Origin: a virus
Lineage: Duplodnaviria > Caudoviricetes
IMG/VR virus record: IMGVR_UViG_3300035208_008180
Length of the DNA: 64,000 nucleotides
Direction: 5' to 3' (one strand)
Shown here: piece after piece, positions 1 to 8,981 of the stretch
Numbering within the stretch: the stretch's first letter is position 1
Layout: each line of letters starts with the position of its first letter
Position numbers and translations under genes: made by a program
Notes under the pieces: generated by a model
What the model saw: the letters and a program-made list of their open reading frames with translations, nothing else
Told to the model about the DNA's origin: nothing
The model's database searches: none

Positions 1-297
1 AACATGCTCCATATCCCCATGTATGAACATAAATGAATTTGGCTTTAAAACACGATAACACTCGGCGGCCAAAACATTCCAATCAATACCCTTGCCATCA
101 TCCCCCAGAATGTGTTTATCAAACTTAGACTTGCTAACACCGGCTTTGTTCCATTTTTTATCCCCAGGAATATTGCTTTTATAACTACATCCATAGGGTG
201 GATCAAAATACATTAAATTAAATGCATCAGAGGGCACTTCTTTTATTATATCTTCCCAACGACCTAATACAAATTGATCTATAATTTTCATAACCAT
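1..297 (-). CDS. DNA N6-adenine/N4-cytosine methyltransferase (beta class), N-terminal part, runs off window
   Basis: Translated by hand (not in ORF track): MVMKIIDQFVLGRWEDIIKEVPSDAFNLMYFDPPYG...ECYRVLKPNSF; DPPY motif IV and RVLKP motif. Confidence 0.8.
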   Translation of the reverse strand, partial: MVMKIIDQFVLGRWEDIIKEVPSDAFNLMYFDPPYGCSYKSNIPGDKKWNKAGVSKSKFDKHILGDDGKGIDWNVLAAECYRVLKPNSFMFIHGDMEHV

Positions 298-326
298 AAT
301 AATATCATAATTAGTAAAATAATTCA
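298..326 (-). promoter_or_regulatory. sigma70-like promoter TTGAAT-N17-TATTAT
   Basis: Minus strand ttgaattattttactaattatgatattat directly upstream of the MTase ATG; near-identical copy at ~4338-4366. Confidence 0.6.
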
Positions 327-334
327 ATAGCAAA

Positions 335-369
335 GAAAAAGGACTCACACCCTTGCGAATGTGAGTCCC
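335..369 (-). terminator. Rho-independent terminator
   Basis: GGACTCACA...TGTGAGTCC inverted repeat followed by a T-run on the minus strand, downstream of the 401-712 gene. Confidence 0.7.
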
Positions 370-400
370 CACTTTTACAAAAGACCACGCTTTTGTTTCT

Positions 401-712
401 TTACACGCCTTTCTTCACCAAATCCAAAAGGTCTTCTCTTTGGTAGGTGGTGGAAACAAGCATATGCTCGGGCATACGCTTGCGAAGGCGACGACCACAT
501 TGTTTAATCTGGGCGATCTTGTCCTTGCGGAACGACTTGATGGGGGCTTCCTTGTAATCACGCACATCTATGCCAGAGCGTAATTCATAACCCTTGACAA
601 CATCTGTAGTGTCATCAATAACCAACACTGTTCTGCGGACGGGGTGCGAGTGATTACCTTTGTAATAAAACCTCGCAACAGGCAAATCTTTTACGACATC
701 GTATTCTTGCAT
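401..712 (-). CDS. WYL-like (Sm-fold) small protein
   Basis: F.Y...R.V...GY...KSFRKDKI pattern resembles a WYL domain; start moved to MQEY after a GAGG RBS. Confidence 0.45.
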   Translation of the reverse strand: MQEYDVVKDLPVARFYYKGNHSHPVRRTVLVIDDTTDVVKGYELRSGIDVRDYKEAPIKSFRKDKIAQIKQCGRRLRKRMPEHMLVSTTYQREDLLDLVKKGV

Positions 713-779
713 AACACACCTCAAATAAAAAAGGATCAATTGATTGATTTACTTAACTTATCAAATTGAATAACAATTG

Positions 780-1799
780 TCAAGATGATTTTGGTGGCGG
801 GCAATAGAAAATAATTTCATGCGACTCCTTCACAAAATCTGCATCTCCTCTCTCTATTCTATTTTTGCCCATGCGAGTTTCTCCCTGACCCATCGTGTAT
901 TGCCAAACAGGACAGCTACTATCATATCCTTTGTATAATTCTCTTATTTTTGGACAATCATTATAAGATAACACAAAGCCTCCCTTGTGATTTTTTAAAC
1001 ATTCGGCTAATAGGTCATGTTTAAATCCCTCATGATGTATTGGAATATTACGCATTGGATAAATTCCCTTAAACATTTTGGAGTCCTCTCCAATGTAATA
1101 TGGAGGATCACAATAAAAGAAATCATTTGGATGCTTTTTAAATACATCTGCAAAATCTGCACACTCAACCCTCAATTTTCCTGGGCTGAATTCTTGCACC
1201 ATCTTAAGCATTGATGTATATTTCTTTTCATTTAGATAAATTTTACCTGACCAGCCCAAAAACCCTGGCCCGTAAGATAAATTAAAATTAAAGAAATAAT
1301 GAACAGCTAAATCAATCCCCTCTAATTTTTGTTTTCTATCCCACTCTTTTTGCATATTTTCTTCTGCCAATGATTTATATCGCTTAAATCTATGACAAGC
1401 CTTACTCCAGCTTTCAAAATTCTTGGTTGTCTTGTCCCAATGATCTTCTAATCTGTCCTTAACCTCATCATATGTTTTTTGATCGGGTTTTAACTTTTTG
1501 AGTTCTTGATACATAGCCTCGGGCTGCTCTATTTGATACTTCCAATAATTGACCAATATATCAAAAATATCATACCCAATTACTTCTACGCCTACATCCT
1601 TGCTCATTGCTATTTCAACAGAGCCGCCTCCAAAGAAAGGCGACACCACTCGTTCCACTCCTTCTGGCACTAATTCAAGCACATGTCCAACACCCAAACT
1701 TTTGCCGCCTGCATATCTGATGGGCGAATTTACCACTCGTTTGTATTTTTGGTTTGTAATACTTTTTAAGAAATTAATTCTACGCTCTGTTGTATTCAT
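780..1799 (-). CDS. dam: DNA adenine methylase (Dam/D12 class)
   Basis: SPIRYAGGKS, SPFFGGGSVE, YCDPPY, VLSYND motifs. Confidence 0.9.
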   Translation of the reverse strand: MNTTERRINFLKSITNQKYKRVVNSPIRYAGGKSLGVGHVLELVPEGVERVVSPFFGGGSVEIAMSKDVGVEVIGYDIFDILVNYWKYQIEQPEAMYQELKKLKPDQKTYDEVKDRLEDHWDKTTKNFESWSKACHRFKRYKSLAEENMQKEWDRKQKLEGIDLAVHYFFNFNLSYGPGFLGWSGKIYLNEKKYTSMLKMVQEFSPGKLRVECADFADVFKKHPNDFFYCDPPYYIGEDSKMFKGIYPMRNIPIHHEGFKHDLLAECLKNHKGGFVLSYNDCPKIRELYKGYDSSCPVWQYTMGQGETRMGKNRIERGDADFVKESHEIIFYCPPPKSS

Positions 1800-1801
1800 T
1801 A

Positions 1802-2554
1802 TTATATTTCTCCATTATTTATTTTTGTTTTATCAGTCAATGGCTTTGTAATTAAATCATGAAACTTTTCACGAATATTGGTAGGCCATGCTTTGTGTCT
1901 TTCTTGAAAATTCCATTCTGGATAGTCGCCCTCTATTTCTTTAAACTGACATTTGCACTTATCTTCCATTTCCTTATAGGCATGTATCTCTTGGCTTTCC
2001 TCAGAATAAAGACCTTTTACAGGTGCCATTACGCCATCGGCAGTAATTGTGTAAATTTCTACTTTTTTCCCTTCTGTCAAGCATTCCTTAATCAAATATG
2101 CTACACCAAACGACCTAATACTCGGCTTGCCCTGCATGCCTGCTTTTTGATAAAAAGAGAGAGTAAACTTTATTCCACCCTTGCATTGAGACCCACCTAT
2201 TTTTACAATTCTTCCATCAACAACAATCAAATACACTCTTGCATTATCTCTGGTGTCTAAATTTTCGTTATAAATAAATTTTGGGAAGCCATCTGTGTCC
2301 AAAATCGCATTAGCAATCTTTGTTGCATTTGTTGCTTCTTGTATGTTAAATGTCCTAAAAACTACATTCACCAATTTTTTTTGTTCTTTTTTTACCTGCT
2401 TCGGTTGCGATGATTTTGTATAAAACACATGCCCACACTTACAAGATGAGCATTTGCTTCCTATGATTTCCTCACAACTCGGGCATCTCTTTTGCCCCCT
2501 TCCCGGCCTTTTATATCCTTGATTAAAATCAAATTCTATTTGTGCTACATTCAT
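1802..2554 (-). CDS. GIY-YIG-like nuclease (putative restriction endonuclease) with N-terminal Zn ribbon
   Basis: VYLIVVDGRIVKIGGS...R...E...PEWN pattern; CPSC..CSSCKCG ribbon; directly upstream of Dam. Confidence 0.55.
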   Translation of the reverse strand: MNVAQIEFDFNQGYKRPGRGQKRCPSCEEIIGSKCSSCKCGHVFYTKSSQPKQVKKEQKKLVNVVFRTFNIQEATNATKIANAILDTDGFPKFIYNENLDTRDNARVYLIVVDGRIVKIGGSQCKGGIKFTLSFYQKAGMQGKPSIRSFGVAYLIKECLTEGKKVEIYTITADGVMAPVKGLYSEESQEIHAYKEMEDKCKCQFKEIEGDYPEWNFQERHKAWPTNIREKFHDLITKPLTDKTKINNGEI

Positions 2555-2627
2555 GTTTTCCTCAGGGTTTATGGGATTTATATTAAACACCATAATACAC
2601 AAAAGAAAACAAATAGTCAAATGCAAT

Positions 2628-2798
2628 TTAATTATGATTTCCCTCCATTAAATTCTTTATCTCCGAAATGCGGAACCTCCTGTGATTTCCGGGTGTCCGC
2701 ACGCAGTTTATTTTTTTGTCCTTCTCCCAATTTCTTAATGTCATGACAGAAACTCCCAACATCTTCGCTGCCTGCCTCGGGCTAATTAGTTTGTCCAT
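2628..2798 (-). CDS. MerR/excisionase-type HTH protein (56 aa)
   Basis: Translated by hand: MDKLISPRQAAKMLGVSVMTLRNWEKDKKINCVRTPGNHRRFRISEIKNLMEGNHN; below the ORF-track cutoff. Confidence 0.85.
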   Translation of the reverse strand: MDKLISPRQAAKMLGVSVMTLRNWEKDKKINCVRTPGNHRRFRISEIKNLMEGNHN

Positions 2799-2935
2799 AG
2801 TTCTATCCTTATATAGTAGGTTTTTATATAATTTTACAAATATTTTAGAAAAAATGTGAAAAAATCTATAAAAATCAATTTATTCACACTATATAAGTAT
2901 AGTGAAAATCATTCACTATTACAAGGAGAAACAAA

Positions 2936-3085
2936 ATGAAATACACAATCAACCAAGTAGCCACCTGTGGTTGTGAAATTTTAAATGAAAAGAGAGAGGT
3001 CTTCGCATGGGCAGTAGACCGCATTTCCGCCGAGATCATTGCGAAGGCATTGGAAATATATGCAAAAACACAGGAGGAGAAATGA
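2936..3085 (+). CDS. small hypothetical protein (49 aa)
   Basis: AAGGAG RBS; MKYTINQVATCGCEILNEKREVFAWAVDRISAEIIAKALEIYAKTQEEK; stop overlaps next start (ATGA). Confidence 0.6.
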   Translation: MKYTINQVATCGCEILNEKREVFAWAVDRISAEIIAKALEIYAKTQEEK

Positions 3086-3816
3086 ATTACATAATTTATA
3101 GAATAACCAATAAAATAAATGACAAAAAATATATTGGATTTTCAAGCAAGTCATTGGAGGAAAGATGGAACAAACATTTGCGAGACGCCAAGGCAGGAAG
3201 AGACACGTATTTGTGCCGAGCTATTAGAAAATATGGCGGTGATAATTTTGACAGAGAAGTAATTTACACTGGCGACGATATATCCTATACCAAATATGTA
3301 ATGGAAAATAAATTTATTATAGAAAACGAAGCACATTGCACTACTGGCAAGGGCTACAATATGACAATGGGTGGAGATGGAACGCTGGATCATACTCATT
3401 CTGAAAGCACTCGCCGTCAAATGAGCATATCTCACACTGGCATGAGATTGTCAGAGTCGGCAAAACAAAAATTAAGTGAGCAAAGAAAAGGGGTGGGCAA
3501 TCCTAATTTTGGGAAACCGCCTTCTTTGGAAACAAGGAAGAAAATAAGCCAAGCTAATATGGGTCGCAACCACTCCGAAGAAGCAAAGAACAAAATGAGC
3601 GAACAAAAGAAAGGGGATAATAATCCAAATTTTGACAAACCCCCATCCCAAGAAACCAGAGAAAAAATAAGTGCATCACTTAAAAGAAGATATGCAATGA
3701 ATGGCAATCCCAATTTTGGCAAATCACCATCCAAAGAAACAAGAGAAAAAATAAGTGTATCACTTAAAAAAAGATATGCAATGAATAAAACTACGGATAC
3801 CACAACTCTCCATTAA
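3082..3816 (+). CDS. Free-standing GIY-YIG homing endonuclease with NUMOD3 repeats
   Basis: IIYRITNKINDKKYIG...GYNMTMGGDG, then repeated H/PS.ETR.KIS and NPNFGK units; GGAGGAG RBS before ATG 3082. Confidence 0.9.
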   Translation: MNYIIYRITNKINDKKYIGFSSKSLEERWNKHLRDAKAGRDTYLCRAIRKYGGDNFDREVIYTGDDISYTKYVMENKFIIENEAHCTTGKGYNMTMGGDGTLDHTHSESTRRQMSISHTGMRLSESAKQKLSEQRKGVGNPNFGKPPSLETRKKISQANMGRNHSEEAKNKMSEQKKGDNNPNFDKPPSQETREKISASLKRRYAMNGNPNFGKSPSKETREKISVSLKKRYAMNKTTDTTTLH

Positions 3817-4330
3817 CGAGAATTGGATTACAGCCAATTTTTCCACTATAAAACTCCAACTCCACGCCGCAGTCTCTCAACAATTGCAGCCCAGCATCCA
3901 CAGATGCTTTCCAGCGGTCGGGCGTCATATCCATTCGTTCTTTGTGTCCAATGACTTTCTTAATGCCCATCAATGCTATTGCTCTCGCACAGTCCGAACA
4001 AGCCAGCCACTGGCATATCATTGTTAATCCTTCCGTCGATCTTCGCCTTGCCAGAGAGAAAAGGGCATTACGCTCCGCATGCTCAATATAAAACAATTTC
4101 TTTTCACGGTCAGTAATCATGTCCTCCGTCACGGTTATTTGAGAAGGAAATTCATTACGACCTTCTGACAATATCTCCCACCTATCATCGAGTGGCGTAT
4201 CAGCATAATCTTTGCCAATAATGGTTATATTGCCAACTATTATCGCCCCATTTTGATTGGAACGATCAGGACTACCGGCAGCTAATTCATAACATCTAGC
4301 CAAATGTTTTTTTATATTTTCTTCATTCAT
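3791..4330 (-). CDS. dCMP deaminase
   Basis: EHAERNA and ACSDCARAI zinc-binding motifs; close to thyA. Confidence 0.85.
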   Translation of the reverse strand: MNEENIKKHLARCYELAAGSPDRSNQNGAIIVGNITIIGKDYADTPLDDRWEILSEGRNEFPSQITVTEDMITDREKKLFYIEHAERNALFSLARRRSTEGLTMICQWLACSDCARAIALMGIKKVIGHKERMDMTPDRWKASVDAGLQLLRDCGVELEFYSGKIGCNPILVNGELWYP

Positions 4331-4374
4331 ATCATAAATAATATCATAATTGGTAAAACAATTCAATGGCAAAA

Positions 4375-5034
4375 ATGCAATTCAAACAATGGTTATTACA
4401 TGAGCGTTACGGTCAATACAACACTAACAACACCATCATTGTTGATGTTCAGCCCATGTATGCACAGCACATGAATTTTGGCATTAAAAACTTCGCTGAA
4501 TTTTTAAAACAAACCTTAAAAAATCGAAAAGTAATATATTTTTTTAACGGAGATTCTATTGGTTCCAATGATAACAAAGAGGAAATTTCCAATTGGCTTG
4601 CAGAATCAGCCAGAGAAAATACGCCATATCCAGAAGACGACGATGAAGAAATATACTGGCAAGATCACGAAGACACCTACTCATTGTTCCATAACCGATG
4701 CCTATGGTATGATAAAGGTTATGGCTTCTTTAGGTCATGGATGGATCATGGAGTCAGTGATGCCACTATTATTAAAACAATTAGATATATGATAATGAAA
4801 CGCATCAATGACTCTAGAGACTTGGGAGAGGAAGAGCTTCAACTTATTACAAATGGAGAAGACATCCCATTGCACGACCCTTTGTTTATACCCTCCATTC
4901 CTCTGAATATTTTAAAACAATTCAGTGGAGCATTCCTTTGTGGAGGTGGTAAAAATGAATGCTTAAAAGAAGTGACACTTCTCATGAATGCTCTAAATAT
5001 AAAATATACAATTCTTTCAGAATTTACATATTAA
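4375..5034 (+). CDS. Cysteine hydrolase (isochorismatase/nicotinamidase-like) with N-terminal FxxW tag
   Basis: IIVDVQP, DKG and GGGKNEC supply a D-K-C triad; begins MQFKQWLLHE. Confidence 0.55.
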   Translation: MQFKQWLLHERYGQYNTNNTIIVDVQPMYAQHMNFGIKNFAEFLKQTLKNRKVIYFFNGDSIGSNDNKEEISNWLAESARENTPYPEDDDEEIYWQDHEDTYSLFHNRCLWYDKGYGFFRSWMDHGVSDATIIKTIRYMIMKRINDSRDLGEEELQLITNGEDIPLHDPLFIPSIPLNILKQFSGAFLCGGGKNECLKEVTLLMNALNIKYTILSEFTY

Positions 5035-5924
5035 ACCGCTACCGGAATTTTAATGGCCGCTTGCGGGTTGTAATCTACAATCTCAAAATCACTCATCTGA
5101 TACGAATAAATATCATCAGCCTTGTGCAAAATTAGCTTTGGAGAATCAGGTTTCGGTCTAGCCAGATATTCCTCAACGGCTGGTATTTGATCCTCGTAAA
5201 TATGAGAATCCGCTGTGCTGTGAATAAATTCATAAGGCTCCAAATCGCATTGCTGAGCCAACATATAAATTAAAGCACTGTAAAATTGAATGTTTGCTGG
5301 AATTCCCACAGGGAAGTCACAACTGCGTTGGGTCAACATCCCACTCAATTTACCATCATGCACAAAACACTGGAAAGTATAATGGCAAGGCGGCAGCCGC
5401 ATTTTCCATGTATCTAACGGATTCCACAACGAGAATAGATTTCGTCGGTCATCGGGATTTTCTTTTAAGGTTTTGACCATGTTGGCAAGTTGGTCAAAAC
5501 CACCCGCTCCATATTTCACCTTAAAATCCTGATCGCATTCAGTGACGGTGAATTCCTTGTCTCCGTCTCCATATTCGCCGCCAAAATGCCGTAGCTGGAA
5601 GCCGTATACAGGACCAAAGCTGCCCGGTATGAATCCATGTTTCTTTTCAAAATCATGATCTACCCACGGGGTCCATATCCCAGACCCTAATGCAATTAGA
5701 TCATTGTTGTTGGTAGAGCCTGAGAGAAACCACAACAATTCTCCAAAGATAGCCTTGGGCCACACTTTTCTCCCAGTTAGAAGGGGAAAATGCTCATTGA
5801 TTCTGTATCGGCTTTGGATGCCAAAAACAGCAACAGTTCTTACCCCCGTCCTGTTTTCCTTCCAAACTCCATTCTTAATAATGTTGCGTAAAGCATCGTC
5901 ATACGCCTGTAGGATGTATGTCAT
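5031..5924 (-). CDS. thyA: Thymidylate synthase
   Basis: NRTG, ELLWFLSG, GPVYGFQLR, LPPCH, QRSCD, HIYEDQ motifs. Confidence 0.97.
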   Translation of the reverse strand: MTYILQAYDDALRNIIKNGVWKENRTGVRTVAVFGIQSRYRINEHFPLLTGRKVWPKAIFGELLWFLSGSTNNNDLIALGSGIWTPWVDHDFEKKHGFIPGSFGPVYGFQLRHFGGEYGDGDKEFTVTECDQDFKVKYGAGGFDQLANMVKTLKENPDDRRNLFSLWNPLDTWKMRLPPCHYTFQCFVHDGKLSGMLTQRSCDFPVGIPANIQFYSALIYMLAQQCDLEPYEFIHSTADSHIYEDQIPAVEEYLARPKPDSPKLILHKADDIYSYQMSDFEIVDYNPQAAIKIPVAV

Positions 5925-6087
5925 CTTTATTTCCCCATGCAGCTTTTGCAAATCTCGTCTTTAGTTTTTCGAGAACTTGGTGCAACCGCCCCAAATCCTC
6001 CGTGGTCCAGCCATCTTCGTCAACCAGACTCTCAATAGCATCCAATAATTCATCTTTAGAAATCAAGCATGTAAATCGTGCGTTCAT
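5899..6087 (-). CDS. hypothetical protein
   Basis: 62 aa ORF abutting thyA. Confidence 0.45.
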   Translation of the reverse strand: MNARFTCLISKDELLDAIESLVDEDGWTTEDLGRLHQVLEKLKTRFAKAAWGNKDDIHPTGV

Positions 6088-6136
6088 AATAAAGCTATTT
6101 TATAACAAAACACAAATAAAGGCAATATATAAATTT

Positions 6137-6364
6137 ATGAAAACCTTTGCCCAATGGCTGGAGCATAATTACAACAACTCTGGCAATAAAATGGTACAGA
6201 AATTATGGAAATTCCAGGCAGAAAACCCGAACTCCTCATTTAGAGAATTCTGGCTGTTGCACGGCAATAACGACAAGAACGACCGTGAATTATGTCAGCA
6301 AGAATTCTATGGAATGAAAAACACACATGGGCAGCATGTTTCGGCAGCCGACTTGTTGAGGTAA
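6137..6364 (+). CDS. hypothetical protein with FxxW tag (putative internal virion protein)
   Basis: Real start MKTFAQWLE inside ORF 5918..6364, preceded by ATATATAAATTT. Confidence 0.7.
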   Translation: MKTFAQWLEHNYNNSGNKMVQKLWKFQAENPNSSFREFWLLHGNNDKNDRELCQQEFYGMKNTHGQHVSAADLLR

Positions 6365-6365
6365 T

Positions 6366-7115
6366 ATGAATTTTAAATTGTGGATAGAGAATGACGAAGA
6401 ATACGATACCTTTGGCGATCCCAAAGAATGGCATATCGGACAACTAGGCATCCTTGACGAATTTGGGCTAAAAGATTTCGCCGTCATTCAAGTTATCCGA
6501 TTTGAAGATGTTCCACAGGCTGATCCTGAATATTATAAAATGAAAGACCGCAATACTGTCATCTCTCTCAATAAATTTGGTGGCTCAACCTACAAAAGAG
6601 GTGAAAGTGTTCCTGTTAAAATTATTCAAGCATTCGGAAGTATATCAAAAAGTCACAAAGTTCATTTCTATGTCGGTGCCCAAAACCTCTATCGCACCAT
6701 TGATGACCTTATAAAAAAAGAAATGAAAGTGCTTTACCCAGACCTACTTATACAATTTTGGAACTCTCCACAATATCGGGCACTTATTACTGAATTTCCA
6801 CAACTAAAAATAAAAAACCAATCCCCTCTGGATCAGATTCAATACCAAGTCTACGACATTCAGGGATATACAGTCTATGTGATACCAGAGCCCCGAGTTC
6901 TAAAAAGACAAGCAGAATATCGAGCGTCTGGATATCCCCACCCTTTGCACGCCTACTACTTTGCCATTCCTGAGTTGAAGACTAGATCGCAAGACGAAAA
7001 AACAAGCCAATGGCTAAGGACGCAAAAAATGGGTGAAAATGGCATGTTCACCAGCGAACGAGAAGCACTAACTGGGGCGGAAAAATATATTAACTATTTA
7101 TTTTATGGAGAATGA
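6366..7115 (+). CDS. hypothetical protein with FxxW tag
   Basis: MNFKLWIENDEE; 249 aa. Confidence 0.75.
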   Translation: MNFKLWIENDEEYDTFGDPKEWHIGQLGILDEFGLKDFAVIQVIRFEDVPQADPEYYKMKDRNTVISLNKFGGSTYKRGESVPVKIIQAFGSISKSHKVHFYVGAQNLYRTIDDLIKKEMKVLYPDLLIQFWNSPQYRALITEFPQLKIKNQSPLDQIQYQVYDIQGYTVYVIPEPRVLKRQAEYRASGYPHPLHAYYFAIPELKTRSQDEKTSQWLRTQKMGENGMFTSEREALTGAEKYINYLFYGE

Positions 7116-7660
7116 ATTTCATTTCCCCAAGAAGTCCAACCCTCTCTACACACCCTCGCATACATATCTAACCTTGGGTCGGGCGAAAGCTTTTCCACTA
7201 ACTGATAGAACTCATCGGGCTTTTCGCTGTGTTTACCCCTGGGCCATTCGAAACAAGTCCCATCCGTCGCCTGAGCATGTCTGCCGCCTTGCCCAAATGG
7301 ATTGCCATGCCTCGATCCTACTCTGGCAACCAAAATATATTCTGTATTGCAACGAAACCTACCGACGCCCAACCCAGGCTTCTTCCATGTCCACAGAATT
7401 ATTGGCTGGGCTCCCCAAGTCTTTGCCACCTTATAGCCCCAATCCACATGCTGAGCAATGCACCAAATGTATAAATGGGCCTGTGTGGCTATCGGCGGCT
7501 TCATATAGCATATTTCTTCCAAGCTCATGGTTGGATAGAAATTTGTGGGATAAGCCTTGCTTTTTGCGTTCTTAAACCCACTATTCAATGTCGGTGTCCA
7601 CGGGGGATCAACTACAACAGTTTTGAATTCTGTGTCGAATTCTAATTCTCTATATACCAT
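7103..7660 (-). CDS. MT-A70 family N6-adenine methyltransferase
   Basis: VVDPPW, YPTMSLEEI, LYIW, FRCNTE, HSEKP, LDMYAR, WGNE. Confidence 0.92.
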   Translation of the reverse strand: MVYRELEFDTEFKTVVVDPPWTPTLNSGFKNAKSKAYPTNFYPTMSLEEICYMKPPIATQAHLYIWCIAQHVDWGYKVAKTWGAQPIILWTWKKPGLGVGRFRCNTEYILVARVGSRHGNPFGQGGRHAQATDGTCFEWPRGKHSEKPDEFYQLVEKLSPDPRLDMYARVCREGWTSWGNEIHSP

Positions 7661-8408
7661 TTAATCGCTCACAAGCAATATTAAAATATTTTTCTTCTTT
7701 TTCTATACCAATAAATTGACGACCAGTATCTGCACAAGCCACCAATGTGCTGCCAGAGCCTGCTGTGTTATCCAAAACTACCTCGAAATCCTTAGTGTAG
7801 GTGTAAATTAAATATTCCATTAATGCCACCGGCTTCTCTGTTGGATGATATTTACATTGCGACGAATGCTTAGGACAATATAATATACTTTTAGGGTATT
7901 TCATCCCACTTAAATCATCTTCCACTCTTTCTGAAATCAATCTGGTTTCCGAGACGTTCTTTTTTGATGCCCCTTGTTTGTGGTTAGGCTTACCCGGAAT
8001 TTTAATAGGATAATATGGTGATTTGCCTTTGCTGAAAACTACAATATTTTCATGTTGTTTTAAAGGCTGGTGCTTGGCGTTAGCAAAATTGGTGGGATTT
8101 TCTTTGTTCCAAATCCATTCGTATTTAAACCAATCCATGTTGCTCTGTATAAGTATAGTCGTAAAAGGTTGACTAGCTGTAAAGACAAAAGCACCATTAC
8201 CGATAATAATTCTCTTGTATTGTTCCCACAATTTATCTAAGGGAATGACCGAATCCCATTTGCAATAAGTCGTTCCGTAAGGAAGGTCGCAGATTACAGC
8301 ATGAACACTGTTATCTGGGATGAGCCGCATAACCTCTAAGCAATCCCCTAAAATCAAGGAATTCGGCTCTACCTTCCCTATGTCTTTGTAGTCCTTAATG
8401 AATTTCAT
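7650..8408 (-). CDS. DNA N4/N6 methyltransferase (beta class)
   Basis: GDCLE, CDLPYG, HPTEKPV, VLDNTAGSGST, FIGIE. Confidence 0.93.
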   Translation of the reverse strand: MKFIKDYKDIGKVEPNSLILGDCLEVMRLIPDNSVHAVICDLPYGTTYCKWDSVIPLDKLWEQYKRIIIGNGAFVFTASQPFTTILIQSNMDWFKYEWIWNKENPTNFANAKHQPLKQHENIVVFSKGKSPYYPIKIPGKPNHKQGASKKNVSETRLISERVEDDLSGMKYPKSILYCPKHSSQCKYHPTEKPVALMEYLIYTYTKDFEVVLDNTAGSGSTLVACADTGRQFIGIEKEEKYFNIACERLNGI

Positions 8409-8418
8409 TTTTTACACT

Positions 8419-8781
8419 TCACAACAATTCTTCTCTAACGGCATTCCACCCAGGGAACCCTCCCAGATTACGATCATCAATAACGCATTGACAATGTGGC
8501 TTCCTTTTTAATACGCCATAAGGACGAGGCTCATCCTCTGGCAAGGTCTCATTTATACCATCAAATTCTATTCCATTTCTACGACAAAATTCTATGGCTT
8601 GTGTAAGAAAATTGCCCTTAGGCTCATCTTCTCTGCAAGTCCATAAAACAAGCTTATATCCCGCTGCCTTTAAATCTTGCATTGTTTCAAAAGCACCGGG
8701 CAATGGCTTGCCAATATCTGGCCATGCGAACTCAACAATAGTGCCATCAAAATCTATAAACAGTGTATGATATACATTCAT
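8419..8781 (-). CDS. HAD-family phosphatase
   Basis: FIDFDGTIV, LWTCR, RKP, IDDRN. Confidence 0.8.
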   Translation of the reverse strand: MNVYHTLFIDFDGTIVEFAWPDIGKPLPGAFETMQDLKAAGYKLVLWTCREDEPKGNFLTQAIEFCRRNGIEFDGINETLPEDEPRPYGVLKRKPHCQCVIDDRNLGGFPGWNAVREELL

Positions 8782-8981
8782 TGCTGCATCCATAATTCTG
8801 TTGCTTTAGCACGTCGATCTGCTTTTAATTTATCTTTAGCATCACACTCATCGAAATGATCCTGAATCTCATCCACTTTTTTACCACAACGCAAACAAAC
8901 TCTTCTTTGTAGAAATTTGCCACAAGAAAGATGCGATTCTAAAATCTCCCAATCATGAAATCCAAAACTGCAAAGATTCAT
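8778..8981 (-). CDS. small Cys/His zinc-binding protein
   Basis: LCSFGFHDW...RVCLRCGK. Confidence 0.6.
   Translation of the reverse strand: MNLCSFGFHDWEILESHLSCGKFLQRRVCLRCGKKVDEIQDHFDECDAKDKLKADRRAKATELWMQQ

Noticed and set aside
2628-2798. IS607 transposon (MerR-HTH resolvase N-terminus)
   Set aside because: No serine-recombinase domain or TnpB follows; it is a stand-alone HTH.
3600-3790. 84-bp direct duplication as a mobile or regulatory repeat
   Set aside because: It is an in-frame NUMOD3-type repeat expansion within the endonuclease.
3082-5924. Group I intron with homing endonuclease in thyA
   Set aside because: thyA is uninterrupted, and the GIY-YIG gene is free-standing on the opposite strand.
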